Shown here in pieces: positions 30,494 to 39,674 of a stretch of DNA of 64,000 nucleotides. Both the position numbers and the translations under genes were made by a program. Origin of the DNA: Acidimicrobiia bacterium. GTDB lineage: Bacteria; Actinomycetota; Acidimicrobiia; Spongiisociales; ZC4RG35. Below the pieces are notes generated by a model. It did no database searches. It was given only the letters and a program-made list of their open reading frames with translations, and was not told the origin of the DNA. The stretch lies in the NCBI GenBank assembly GCA_965216725.1, contig CBDCGI010000005.1, positions 82,016 through 146,015 of the forward strand, in the 5' to 3' direction. Every line of letters begins with the position of its first letter. Within the stretch, counting starts at the first letter, position 1.

Positions 30494-30799
30494 GTGGCCA
30501 GGAGACCTTCAGCACAAACCCAAGCAGTCATCCACCACCTCCTGAGTAGCGGACGCCGGTGGAGCCACGGCTACGACGTTTCAACTGCCCTCGGGATCGC
30601 CTCCGGAACGCTCTACCCGATACTGATGCGGTTTCACGACCGGGGGATCATCGAAACCCGGTGGGAGGACTCCCCGCTCGAAGGTAGGCCCCGACGTCAC
30701 CTCTGCCGGCTCACTCCCGAAGGTGAAGATTGGGCCCGCGAGGTTCTCGCCATTGTGCCAGGGACGCTGTCCACCCGACCTGCGGAAACCCCAGCGTGA
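30494..30799 (+). CDS. PadR family transcriptional regulator
   Basis: GYDVSTALGIASGTLYPILMRFHDRGIIETRWE...GRPRRHLCRLTPEG is the PadR winged helix. An AT-rich region with a short inverted repeat (ctcta-N6-tagag) lies upstream at ~30457-30475. Confidence 0.7.
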   Translation: MARRPSAQTQAVIHHLLSSGRRWSHGYDVSTALGIASGTLYPILMRFHDRGIIETRWEDSPLEGRPRRHLCRLTPEGEDWAREVLAIVPGTLSTRPAETPA

Positions 30800-31299
30800 A
30801 CGTCCTCAAACTGTTCCCGTCAACGAAGCGGGAATGGGCAGAAGAGATGCTCAACGGCGATCACAGCGGGCTGGCGATGTTGAAATTGCTGGTTCTGGCA
30901 TGGATCCTCACCCTGAGATCAGACCGGGCCATGAGAACGGCCCTGACCACCCTGAGTCTCGTCAACATCGTTGCCGGGATCGGCCTCGGCGCGCTCATAG
31001 CCCTCACCGATACGCCGGTCGTGGTGACGCTCCTCGCCGGAGTATTGATCCTCCAAGGCGGATACACCCTCTTGGCGACACGAGCACACGAGCGCCCCCT
31101 GTCGGGTCGGATCTGGCTCATCGGAGAGACCCTCGCGCTGACGGTTGGCGGCGGGGGCCTTCTCGTCTCAACCGTCAGGAATGCCGGAGCCGTCGACCCC
31201 GAATACGGACCGATGACGGTCGCCATCCTCCTCACTGCCCACGCTGTAGTGGGCCTGACCGTTTTATCGAGGTCGGTCCGACCCCGATCCAGCGCTTAG
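30796..31299 (+). CDS. PadR-associated integral membrane protein (4-5 TMS), unknown function
   Basis: The GTG start overlaps the padR stop. The product is hydrophobic. Confidence 0.5.
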   Translation: MNVLKLFPSTKREWAEEMLNGDHSGLAMLKLLVLAWILTLRSDRAMRTALTTLSLVNIVAGIGLGALIALTDTPVVVTLLAGVLILQGGYTLLATRAHERPLSGRIWLIGETLALTVGGGGLLVSTVRNAGAVDPEYGPMTVAILLTAHAVVGLTVLSRSVRPRSSA

Positions 31300-33347
31300 A
31301 TAAAGGCCGAGGCGAAAATCAGGGAAACGATGGTCATAACCTTGATGACGATGTTCATCGCTGGGCCTGAGGTGTCCTTGAAAGGATCGCCAACTGTGTC
31401 CCCGATCACGGCCGCGTGATGGGACTCACTCCCCTTGCCACCGAATGCTCCGGTCTCGATGAACTTCTTGGCGTTGTCCCAGGCCCCGCCGGCGTTGGCC
31501 ATGAAGATGGCGAGCAAGAAGCCTGTTACCAGCGCCCCTCCCAGCAACCCTCCGAGCATCTCAGGGTCATAGAACCCGACAACGAGAGGCAAGGCAATGG
31601 CGATCGCCCCTGGGATCACCATTTCCCGGAGAGCGCTAGCCGTGGCGATATCAACACAGGTCGTGTAATCCGGCTTTGCCTCGGGGTCACCGTCTTTGAG
31701 CCCGGCGATCTCACGGAACTGACGCCTGACCTCGTCGATCATCTTTCCGGCCGCTCGGCCGACCGCGTTCATAGTCAACGCCGCAAAGAGGAACGGGAAC
31801 ATCGCACCTAGGAACAGCCCGATGGTCACCGGCGCCGAAGAAATGTCGATGGAGTCCAGATTGACCGCCTCGGTGAAGGCGTTGAACAGAGCCAGGGCGG
31901 TAACGGCCGCAGAAGCGATGGCGAAACCTTTGGCGACTGCAGCTGTGGTGTTGCCCAGCGAGTCAAGCGCATCCGTCGCCTGTCTCACCTCCGGCTCGAG
32001 GTGCGCCATCTCGGCAATCCCACCGGCGTTGTCGGCGATGGGTCCGTAGGCGTCAACGGAGATGGTGATGCCCAGAGTGGCGAGGACGCCGATCGCCGCA
32101 ATGGCGACACCGTAAATACCTCCTCCATCACCCATGGCCCACTCACCCGCGGCGTAAGCCGCACCTATGCCTCCGGCGACAACGATCACCGAGAATGCTG
32201 CAGAGCGCATCCCCTCTGCCACCCCAGAGATGATGACCGTTGCCGGACCGGTCTGGGACTGCCGGGCAATCTCCTTGACTGTCTTGTAGTGGTCGGAGGT
32301 GAACCACTCCGATATCTTCCCGACCAGCCAGCCCACGATGAGGCCGGCTACAACAGCAATCCAAATACCGACCCAATTGTCGATCTTGTCGCCGAAGATC
32401 CAAGCCGCCAACCCGGCCACACCCAGAGCGGTGACGATCATGGCGAAGTTGGTCCCACGGTGGAGAGCCGCCGCAAGGTGACCCTCGTCTTTGGCCTTCA
32501 CCAGGAACGAGCCGATGATCGACGCGAACATCCCTAACGCGGCAACGGCCAGCGGGAAGATGATGGCCTCAGACACAAAACCTGCACTGCCGAAAACCAG
32601 GGCGGAGTAGGCGACGGGGGCAACCAGTGCTCCGACGTAGCTCTCGAAGAGGTCGGCACCCATCCCTGCCACGTCTCCGACGTTGTCACCAACGTTGTCG
32701 GCTATCACAGCTGGGTTGCGGGGGTCATCCTCGGGAATCCCGGCCTCTACTTTGCCCACCAGGTCGGCGCCGACGTCGGCAGCCTTGGTGTAGATACCGC
32801 CGCCGACGCGAGCAAATAGGGCAATCGAGGAGCCACCTAGTCCGATAGCGGTAACGATCTCCACCCACTGCGGCTCTTCGAGGACGTTGTTGAAGAGCCA
32901 GAAACCGAGACCCACCCCGAGGAGCCCGAGACCGGCGACGGTGAACCCCATCACTGCGCCCCCACGGAAGGCGATGGGAAGGGCGGCAGGAATGCCTCCC
33001 TGGCGGGCGGCCTCAGTCGTGCGGGCGTTGGCTGCGGTGGCAATACGCATGCCGACGAAACCGGCGGCTGCGGAGAGTACAGCTCCGAAGACATATGCAA
33101 TGGCGCCCCAGGGTCTGCCCCAATCGAGAAGGGCGGCGATGAGGATTGCCATCACCACCACGAACACCGAAACCCAGGTGTACTCCCTCTTGAGAAAGGC
33201 CATGGCGCCGTCCCGAATCGCCGAGGAGAGCTCGACCATCCTCTCGTTGCCCTGGGGTGCGGCCAGGACCACTCGCGTGTAGTAGACCGCAAGCAAGACG
33301 GCGAGCGCACCCGCGACAAGCGCGATATACAGAATCGTGTCCGACAT
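31296..33347 (-). CDS. hppA: Membrane-bound proton/sodium-translocating pyrophosphatase
   Basis: The 683-aa ORF has about 16 [27 protein letters not shown] and [10 protein letters not shown] motifs are present. Confidence 0.9.
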   Translation of the reverse strand: MSDTILYIALVAGALAVLLAVYYTRVVLAAPQGNERMVELSSAIRDGAMAFLKREYTWVSVFVVVMAILIAALLDWGRPWGAIAYVFGAVLSAAAGFVGMRIATAANARTTEAARQGGIPAALPIAFRGGAVMGFTVAGLGLLGVGLGFWLFNNVLEEPQWVEIVTAIGLGGSSIALFARVGGGIYTKAADVGADLVGKVEAGIPEDDPRNPAVIADNVGDNVGDVAGMGADLFESYVGALVAPVAYSALVFGSAGFVSEAIIFPLAVAALGMFASIIGSFLVKAKDEGHLAAALHRGTNFAMIVTALGVAGLAAWIFGDKIDNWVGIWIAVVAGLIVGWLVGKISEWFTSDHYKTVKEIARQSQTGPATVIISGVAEGMRSAAFSVIVVAGGIGAAYAAGEWAMGDGGGIYGVAIAAIGVLATLGITISVDAYGPIADNAGGIAEMAHLEPEVRQATDALDSLGNTTAAVAKGFAIASAAVTALALFNAFTEAVNLDSIDISSAPVTIGLFLGAMFPFLFAALTMNAVGRAAGKMIDEVRRQFREIAGLKDGDPEAKPDYTTCVDIATASALREMVIPGAIAIALPLVVGFYDPEMLGGLLGGALVTGFLLAIFMANAGGAWDNAKKFIETGAFGGKGSESHHAAVIGDTVGDPFKDTSGPAMNIVIKVMTIVSLIFASAFI

Positions 33348-33449
33348 TTAGAGAAAACCTCCGCAGCAACTGGGGTTGGGGGCGGCGGAGAGTATACGGC
33401 CGGGCTTCGAAATGGGCGAAGTCGAGTCGCCAATCTCCGGGGAGGCCCC

Positions 33450-33510
33450 TTACTCGTCGAGTGTGCTTGTCCTACCCAAAAACCGAGAGGACAAGCACAC
33501 TCGACGGGGA
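33450..33510. repeat. Palindromic intergenic element, copy 2 (perfect 17-bp stem gtcgagtgtgcttgtcc / ggacaagcacactcgac, 16-nt loop)
   Basis: It is about 90% identical to copy 1 at 15237-15294. It lies in the hppA 5' region, 27 bp from the attR repeat. Confidence 0.6.
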
Positions 33511-33536
33511 GGGATGGGGCGCAGCTGCCCGAGAAA

Positions 33537-33582
33537 TGGCAGTCCCGACCAGATTTGAACTGGCGTTTCCGGCTTGAGAGGC
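33537..33582. repeat. attR-like direct repeat: 46-bp exact copy of the 3' half (anticodon stem to CCA) of tRNA-Glu(CUC)
   Basis: tggcagtcccgaccagatttgaactggcgtttccggcttgagaggc is identical to 40851-40896. Upstream of it the sequence no longer forms a tRNA. Confidence 0.85.
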
Positions 33583-33723
33583 AGGGACTGACGGATCAAC
33601 CTTAGGCCGCTGACCTGGGAAAACGTGACCTGACCTGGGAGAATGCCGAAGTATCGATGTTGCCCGGATTGGGTGAGTTTGGGCGAGATTGGGCGGCAAC
33701 ACGGGACAGATCCGGGACGAGAT

Positions 33724-34197
33724 TCACCCGTACTTGGCGGCAAAGTCCTCGTCGGACATGAACAAGTAGATGAGGCCCTCGATGAAGCCAATGACAGCAG
33801 GCACGACGGTCCAGAAGAAGAGCAGGTAGATGATTCCGAGGCCGGTGTCGCCAAGGTAGAACTTGTGAATACCGAGACCTCCCAGAAGGATTCCCAGGAC
33901 TCCTGCGGTGACCCGCGATTTGGGCGGCGCCTGCCCAATTGGGCTGGCTGCCGGGGCAGGTGGGGGCGCCTGAGACGTGGCGAGCTTCATTTTGTCGGCC
34001 GCCGTTACGGCTTCTCCGGCCAGGTCAACCGTGAATCCCTCCTTGTGGGCTGGCTTGAAGTAGACATGCTCCTCCTCGACGACCACCTCGAAAATGTCGT
34101 TGTCGAGCTCTTTGATTTCGGAGTCCGCTTTTTCGGTGGCGACGACTTCAACCTCGTTCACCAAAAACCGCAGCATGTCCTCGGTCAGTCGACACAC
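33724..34197 (-). CDS. TM2 domain membrane protein
   Basis: GIHKFYLGDTGLGIIYLLFFWTVVPAVIGFIEGLIYLFMSDEDFAAKYG is the TM2 (PF05154-like) signature. Confidence 0.6.
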   Translation of the reverse strand: MCRLTEDMLRFLVNEVEVVATEKADSEIKELDNDIFEVVVEEEHVYFKPAHKEGFTVDLAGEAVTAADKMKLATSQAPPPAPAASPIGQAPPKSRVTAGVLGILLGGLGIHKFYLGDTGLGIIYLLFFWTVVPAVIGFIEGLIYLFMSDEDFAAKYG

Positions 34198-34268
34198 ACC
34201 TGCAGGAGGGATCTGAGACCCTCAAAGCTGCCTTCAAGGCGACCGGGCTGAATCCCCACAGTGCATCT

Positions 34269-34658
34269 GTGCGTTCAGGCGGAAAGGTCGCCGATTCGAC
34301 TATCCGGAACTATTTGGCAGGCAAGCAATACCACCGACGAAAACTCTGGGCTCTGGCTGAAGTACTCGGGGAGCGGTGGGGTGTCCAAGTCCTGAATAAT
34401 TACGGCGAACCGGAGATGGCGAACGAGCTGATAGCTATGCATCAGGCCAACAGGGATCAGCTGGCACCCCCTTGGGATGAGCCGACTGAAGTGGCTAATC
34501 CGGTCACATATGTCGGAGGGCGGCCGCCCAGAGTCACCGTCGACGGTGCGGACATCTCAACAGGTGCACTCTTCCGCAACGGTGACAAGCTCACTCCGGA
34601 GCAGCGGGCGAGGGTGCAGGGGTATATCGACCGGCTGCTCGAGGAGGAGGGCGGCTAG
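34269..34658 (+). CDS. Hypothetical protein with a partial XRE-like HTH at the N-terminus
   Basis: GKVADSTIRNYLAGKQYHRRKLWALAEVLG resembles helix 3 onward of Cro/C1-type HTH. It lies directly upstream of an ImmA-like gene. Confidence 0.4.
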   Translation: MRSGGKVADSTIRNYLAGKQYHRRKLWALAEVLGERWGVQVLNNYGEPEMANELIAMHQANRDQLAPPWDEPTEVANPVTYVGGRPPRVTVDGADISTGALFRNGDKLTPEQRARVQGYIDRLLEEEGG

Positions 34659-34661
34659 GGA

Positions 34662-35150
34662 ATGTTTTCGCGGACTGGCGTCGTGGACGGGAATCTGTCC
34701 CAGGTGCGGGGGAGGATGCCGGTCATGCGGGAATGGAGTCCTTGGGAACATTTGGACCGGTCGGCGGTCAGGCTGGCTTGGGCGAGGCTCCCCTACGTGA
34801 CTGGTGCCTACGTCCCGGGAGTGGCGACTGTGATCCTCCACCCGGAGAGCACATCGACCCAGCAGCGGTCTGCTCTTGCCGAGGAGTTGGCGCACCATGA
34901 GCTCGCTCACGAGCCGGTTGCTGATCCGGTTGCGTTGGCTCGTCAGGAGCTTCGAGCAAGGCGTTGGGCGGCGGTTCGTCTGGTCTCAGCGGAGCAGATT
35001 CTGGAGGCGGTGATGTGGACGCCTTATCTGCATGAGGTGGCGGAGCTTTTGGATGTGGACCCTGATCTGGTCGAGATCAGGGTCGAGTTGATGACATTGG
35101 AAGAGAGGCGGCTGCTCGAGGAGCGGCTCGCGGATGGGAGTGACCTATGA
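34662..35150 (+). CDS. ImmA/IrrE-like Zn-metallopeptidase (anti-repressor protease family)
   Basis: It has an HEXXH motif (HHELAHE) and is paired with the HTH gene, as in prophage/ICE immunity modules. Confidence 0.45.
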   Translation: MFSRTGVVDGNLSQVRGRMPVMREWSPWEHLDRSAVRLAWARLPYVTGAYVPGVATVILHPESTSTQQRSALAEELAHHELAHEPVADPVALARQELRARRWAAVRLVSAEQILEAVMWTPYLHEVAELLDVDPDLVEIRVELMTLEERRLLEERLADGSDL

Positions 35151-35791
35151 GAACACGATTGATCCTTGTCCTTGTGGCCCTGGTTTTGGCGGCTTGTACG
35201 GCGGAGGAGGGCTCGGACACGACGACCGTGGAAGACCCGGCGACGACGACCACGACGTCGAACCGGACGACGACCACGCCTACTCCGCCTCCCCCGCCGG
35301 AAGATCCCACCACCACGACCGCTCCCGCGCCCTCAACGACGGCTCCTCCGCCGGCCGATTCGGGAACCCGGGAACAGCCGATCCAGTTCGGGGAACCGGC
35401 TGCGGTGGGCGATTTCACTATCCATGTCGTCGACTGGGAGCCCGACGCTACCCAGACTGTCCTCGAGCACAACCAATTCAACGATCCTCCGCCGGCTGGT
35501 TCCGTCTACTCGATCGTCACCATCGAACTCACCTACACAGGAGACGAAACAGGCGAGCCGTGGCTCGACCTGTCATGGTCGGCTGTTGGCGACTCAAATG
35601 TGGCTGTCGACGCCGGCGACTGCTTCACCTATCCGAACAGCCTGTTCGACGTGAACGAGATCTTCCCGGGCGGCACGGCCCAGGGAGCTATCTGTTTTAC
35701 GGTGCCCGAGGCTGACACTGGTTCGCTGCTACTGATCCTCGAGGACTTCCTGTCGTTTGACGACACACGCCTCTTCTACGCCCTCTCCTAA
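35147..35791 (+). CDS. DUF4352-like lipoprotein with a Thr/Pro-rich linker
   Basis: It has a lipobox LAAC and a T/P-rich low-complexity region. GDFTIHVVDWE...YSIVTIELTYTGDETGEPW fits the DUF4352 pattern. Confidence 0.5.
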   Translation: MRTRLILVLVALVLAACTAEEGSDTTTVEDPATTTTTSNRTTTTPTPPPPPEDPTTTTAPAPSTTAPPPADSGTREQPIQFGEPAAVGDFTIHVVDWEPDATQTVLEHNQFNDPPPAGSVYSIVTIELTYTGDETGEPWLDLSWSAVGDSNVAVDAGDCFTYPNSLFDVNEIFPGGTAQGAICFTVPEADTGSLLLILEDFLSFDDTRLFYALS

Positions 35792-36862
35792 GTGAGTATC
35801 CAGCATCGGCCTGACAAACCGTCGCCTTGGGTGGCCCGTCTGCCTGTCGGGCACGGCAGGGAGGTGTCCCGCTCGTTCAAGAGGAAGGTGGACGCTCAGA
35901 TCTGGTTGGAGGAGGAGCGTTCCCGGAGGCGCCGCGGCGACTGGGTGGACCCGCGGCGTGGTGATGTGCTCTGGGAGGATTACACCAGCGAGGTGTTGGC
36001 AGGGAAGTCGCATCTGGCTCCGCGGACGGTCGAAACCTATGAGGCGGCCGCCCGGCGGGTTGCCCCATACTTGGATGGCACACCTCTTCGGCATGTGACC
36101 CCCGAACAGTTGGACCGGATAGTCGCCGAACTATCAGCGGTCTATGCGCCGGAGACTGTCGCCAAGTCGGTGCGGCTGATCCGCATGGTGTTGGGTAGGG
36201 CGGTGGCTCATCAGCGTCTGCTCCGCTCCCCCGCCGCTGCTCTGTCAGCGCCGCCGGTGCCGAAACGAGAGATGCGGATCCTCACCGCCGAACAGGTAGC
36301 CGAGCTGGCCGCGGTGATGCCTGACCGTTACAGGACGCTCCCGCTGACGGCCGCGTACATGGGGCTGAGGTTCGGTGAGCTCGCTGGACTGCAGGTGTCT
36401 GCGGTGGACATGCTTCGCCGCCGTCTCGAAGTCCGCCAAGTGTTGAAAGAATCTCGTAGGCGGCCGCCGTTTCTGGGCCTGCCCAAATCGTCAGCCTCGG
36501 CGAGGACCTTGGTCATCCCCCGATCGTTGGTTGATGAGCTTGCCCGACACCTCGAACAGCATCCGCCGGTCGATGGGCTGATCTGGACGACACCCCGGGG
36601 TGAGGTGCTCAGGAGAGGATCGTTCTCGAGGATCTGGCGACGAGCAGTTGACGACTCGGTCGGTTCACCGTGCCGGCTACACGATCTCCGCCACACACAT
36701 GCCGCCTGGCTGATCGCCGCAGGTGAACACCCGAAGACAATCCAGCAGCGGCTCGGTCACGGGTCCATCACTGTCACCCTTGACCGGTATGGGCATCTGA
36801 TGGAGGGCCTCGACGAGGCAGCAGCTGACAAGCTCGACGAAATGTATCGGCTGGCCCGTTGA
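35792..36862 (+). CDS. Tyrosine-type site-specific integrase
   Basis: It has an N-terminal SAM-like domain and the C-terminal catalytic motifs R..., HDLRHTHAAWL and LGHGSITVTLDRYGHL. Confidence 0.85.
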   Translation: MSIQHRPDKPSPWVARLPVGHGREVSRSFKRKVDAQIWLEEERSRRRRGDWVDPRRGDVLWEDYTSEVLAGKSHLAPRTVETYEAAARRVAPYLDGTPLRHVTPEQLDRIVAELSAVYAPETVAKSVRLIRMVLGRAVAHQRLLRSPAAALSAPPVPKREMRILTAEQVAELAAVMPDRYRTLPLTAAYMGLRFGELAGLQVSAVDMLRRRLEVRQVLKESRRRPPFLGLPKSSASARTLVIPRSLVDELARHLEQHPPVDGLIWTTPRGEVLRRGSFSRIWRRAVDDSVGSPCRLHDLRHTHAAWLIAAGEHPKTIQQRLGHGSITVTLDRYGHLMEGLDEAAADKLDEMYRLAR

Positions 36863-38002
36863 CTACTGGAGGGCGACGCTGAAGTCCTCGAAGCTTCCGT
36901 CGTTAATATCGACGTGAGCTCGCCCGGAACCTGCGATGTCGTCGAAAGGAACCACCACGGCTGGGGTCTCGGCGTCGAGGCCCTCGTCACATTGGAATAG
37001 TGAGTCCGAACTGCGGACGTAGACCGCAATGTCACTCTTATCCGTCGGTACGCGCACTTCGAGAACGCGAACAGCTTCGCTGTCAGCTCCAGATCCGGTC
37101 CCCGCCCAAGTCAGGAACTCTCCTGTGGTTGAGAAGAAGGCCAGCACGTCATCTGGGTCGCCTCCGTGATAGGAGACCGCGACGTTTACGACTGGCCAGA
37201 TCACCACATCCTCCGGGTCGACACCATCGGCCAATTGACGGTAGATGTCGTTGGCGTCTCCATCGACCGGGTTGCCGGTGACCGGGTCAACAAGGCCTGC
37301 TCCCTCGGCGATTTCCTCAGCGACCGCTTCGTCTGGGATGCTTCTGCGTTGATGCCAGTCAAGTGTGTGTTCACCCAGAAGGTCGAGGTAAGCGAGGATC
37401 GTGGCCTCCGGGGACTCTGGGGCCGGGCTCAACAAGGAAGCCTCCACAGTGAGAGTGAGGCACGAGTCAACAACGACATCTGAGATTGGGCTCACCGGAT
37501 GCTCGAACAGCTCAAGGGCGTTACGGCCCAAGGAGAACGGGCCTGCAATGGATCCGATCGGTTTAATAGAACCGCCATCATCTCCCCTTACAGCAATAGA
37601 ACCGATCCGCCCGTTTGGGTTAATCACCGCCAGCGCAGAGAACGGCAGAGAACTGTCAAAGATCTCATAGTCGGATTCGTTGAGTGCTATCGACCCGGTG
37701 TCCATGGCTCGGATCGCCTCGAGATCAGCTTCTGTCGCCGTCGGGACCAGCCACACGAAGTCAACGAACTCGAAATTCGCCTCGACTAGGTGCGTACCAG
37801 ACTCTGGCTCCGACACGGCGGTGAATACGACCTCTGCAAGGGGGGCGCGCCATTCGAGCATCGCGTCGTGGAGTCCCGCCATTTCGAACTCCGCTGATTC
37901 CATAGATGAAGCGAAGGTGGAGTCTGCTGATCCCGAATCTCTGGCGCATGCGGCACAAACGAGACTGAGTGCCAGTACAGCTGCAACGGTTGACCGTCTC
38001 AC
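36863..38002 (-). CDS. Lipoprotein, unknown function (379 aa)
   Basis: It has a signal peptide plus lipobox (LVCAAC) and is acidic. No motif was recognised. Confidence 0.5.
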   Translation of the reverse strand: MRRSTVAAVLALSLVCAACARDSGSADSTFASSMESAEFEMAGLHDAMLEWRAPLAEVVFTAVSEPESGTHLVEANFEFVDFVWLVPTATEADLEAIRAMDTGSIALNESDYEIFDSSLPFSALAVINPNGRIGSIAVRGDDGGSIKPIGSIAGPFSLGRNALELFEHPVSPISDVVVDSCLTLTVEASLLSPAPESPEATILAYLDLLGEHTLDWHQRRSIPDEAVAEEIAEGAGLVDPVTGNPVDGDANDIYRQLADGVDPEDVVIWPVVNVAVSYHGGDPDDVLAFFSTTGEFLTWAGTGSGADSEAVRVLEVRVPTDKSDIAVYVRSSDSLFQCDEGLDAETPAVVVPFDDIAGSGRAHVDINDGSFEDFSVALQ

Positions 38003-38139
38003 CAGTCCAGTATCCCCGACTTGTCAACGCGAATCGCTTGACCGTTCGCGGACCTGAAGTAGATCTTCAGGGCAATAGCGTTCTTCGTACCCGTCAACTG
38101 GATACTCCCCAAGTCGTCGATTGTATAACTGCAGGTTTT

Positions 38140-39135
38140 TCAGTTCTGATTAGACGTATTGCACGTCTTGTGGGTTTCCGGCGATGTAAAAGGCGTCCGA
38201 GAGATGAAGGTCTTACTGTTGACGCTCGTGTTGTAGTGGTAGTTCCGCCGCTTAGACCGCAGTTCGATTCCGCCAGCCTGATTCCCATTGTCTCGGTATG
38301 CGGTCCAAAGTCGTGGGGTCGGTGTTAGATCCATACCCGGATACACCACAGGACAGGATCCGCAGCCGGCCTTTATCGGGTCGTAGATGATTCTTTGTTT
38401 GACCACGTCACCGGAGTTCCCGAGTAGTGCGCTTTTGCTCCCAGAGTAGGTAGTAGAACTGAGCGACACAGAGCCAGAAGTTATCCACCATCCCCAGCCG
38501 TCCTCGAAACCCGGGCTGTAGCTCCACCAGTCACCTACTCCATCACCTTCGGACCATGGGACCCGCGCCTCATCGTCCTTCTCGAGGGTGGCCCAGTCCT
38601 CAGTCGATTTGCTCCCAACGACGGCGTCCATGGTCGGGTCGAAGGATCCACCCTGATTCCCTTCGACGTTCCACCAGAAGTTCCCGCTGTGGCCGTAATT
38701 CAGAGTATGTCCGACCTCATGCATCGCGATCCCTTGGAAGGAGATGTCGTCATCCGAAGGATTCGCAGCGGTGCTCCACATGAAGTCGGTGTTGAACTTG
38801 ATCTGAGTAGGGCTCGTTGTTGCAAAGACACCATCAGCTAGATTCGCTGTGACGATGGTTATGTCGTGCTCGTCGTCGCAATCCGTTATCCGAGAGAGGT
38901 TGAGCACGTTCCCCTGATCGGGGCCAGGTACGGCTTCCCAGGCGGGCATTATGTCGCTGTCGAACGCCGACCTGGCCTGTGACAAAGTGACGCCAGGTGG
39001 AGCATCCTCGATGCAATACCGAACAGCAATCACGGGATCATCATGCACAGTTACGGCTAATGCGGCGTAGATACCTAATCCAAAGACGATGGCGATCACG
39101 AAAAGGAACGGCCATCGGGGCGGTCGTCTCTTCAC
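38140..39135 (-). CDS. Membrane-anchored metzincin-type Zn metalloprotease (matrixin/M10-like)
   Basis: It has an N-terminal TM segment. HEVGHTLNYGHS is the HEXXHXXGXXH metzincin signature. GC is markedly lower here (38.0-38.4 kb). Confidence 0.6.
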   Translation of the reverse strand: MKRRPPRWPFLFVIAIVFGLGIYAALAVTVHDDPVIAVRYCIEDAPPGVTLSQARSAFDSDIMPAWEAVPGPDQGNVLNLSRITDCDDEHDITIVTANLADGVFATTSPTQIKFNTDFMWSTAANPSDDDISFQGIAMHEVGHTLNYGHSGNFWWNVEGNQGGSFDPTMDAVVGSKSTEDWATLEKDDEARVPWSEGDGVGDWWSYSPGFEDGWGWWITSGSVSLSSTTYSGSKSALLGNSGDVVKQRIIYDPIKAGCGSCPVVYPGMDLTPTPRLWTAYRDNGNQAGGIELRSKRRNYHYNTSVNSKTFISRTPFTSPETHKTCNTSNQN

Positions 39136-39329
39136 GGCGACTCCTCACGTCGGCCTACCGTTGCCATACCCAGGCAACCTACTCCAATCAGCGGCGGCAG
39201 TGTCTGGCGGACGCCAGGCGGACAAGCTCCAAGAGATGTGGGGCAGCGATGGTGACGCGCCTTGTGCAATCATTCACAACTGGACAGATCCGAGACAGGA
39301 AAAGCCCTTCGGTATGAACTACCCGTACT

Positions 39330-39435
39330 TCGTTGCGAAATCCTCGTCGGACATGAAGAGATAGATCAGGCCCTCAATGAACCCGATGATGGCCGGGATG
39401 AAGGTCCAGAAGAAGAGAAGGTAGATCACTCCGAG
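39330..39435 (-). pseudogene. 3' fragment of a TM2-domain gene (about 80% nt identity to 33724-33840)
   Basis: Alignment by eye of the fragment with the 3' end of the intact TM2 gene. Confidence 0.6.
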
Positions 39436-39621
39436 GCCCTACGGCACACTCACGCAGCCTGGCTGATCGCCGCCGGTGAGCACCCGAAGACCATCCAGCA
39501 GAGGATGGGCCACGGTTCGATCACAGTCACCTTGGACACCTACGGACATCTGATGGAAGGTCTCGACGATGGAGCCGCTGACAAGCTCGAGGAGATGTTC
39601 AAGGCAAGCGCGTCGCGCTGA
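39436..39621 (+). pseudogene. C-terminal fragment of a second tyrosine integrase (about 80% identity to 36676-36862)
   Basis: It encodes LRHTHAAWLIAAGEHPKTIQQRMGHGSITVTLDTYGHLMEGLDDGAADKLEEMFKASASR. It is fused directly to the TM2 fragment with no N-terminal part. Confidence 0.7.
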
Positions 39622-39630
39622 CTCATCCTC

Positions 39631-39673
39631 AGTGTTGCTTAACACTACTGTTAATAGTAGTGTTAACACTGAC
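39631..39673. promoter_or_regulatory. Nested AT-rich inverted repeats (AGTGTT-gc-TTAACACTACT-gttaat-AGTAGTGTTAA-CACT) overlapping the start of the downstream gene; putative operator/promoter
   Basis: The repeats are seen directly. The 11-bp arms are perfect. Confidence 0.5.
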
Positions 39674-39674
39674 G

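Noticed and set aside
31416-33282. Several 75-180-aa plus-strand ORFs inside hppA
   Set aside because: They are antisense to a highly conserved 683-aa pyrophosphatase gene and lack motifs.
36863-39330. Search for a third copy of the tRNA-derived att repeat separating two tandem elements
   Set aside because: No segment resembling ttgaactggcgtttccggcttgagagg was found between 36.9 and 39.3 kb by eye. The second element is therefore inferred only from the TM2'/int' remnant.
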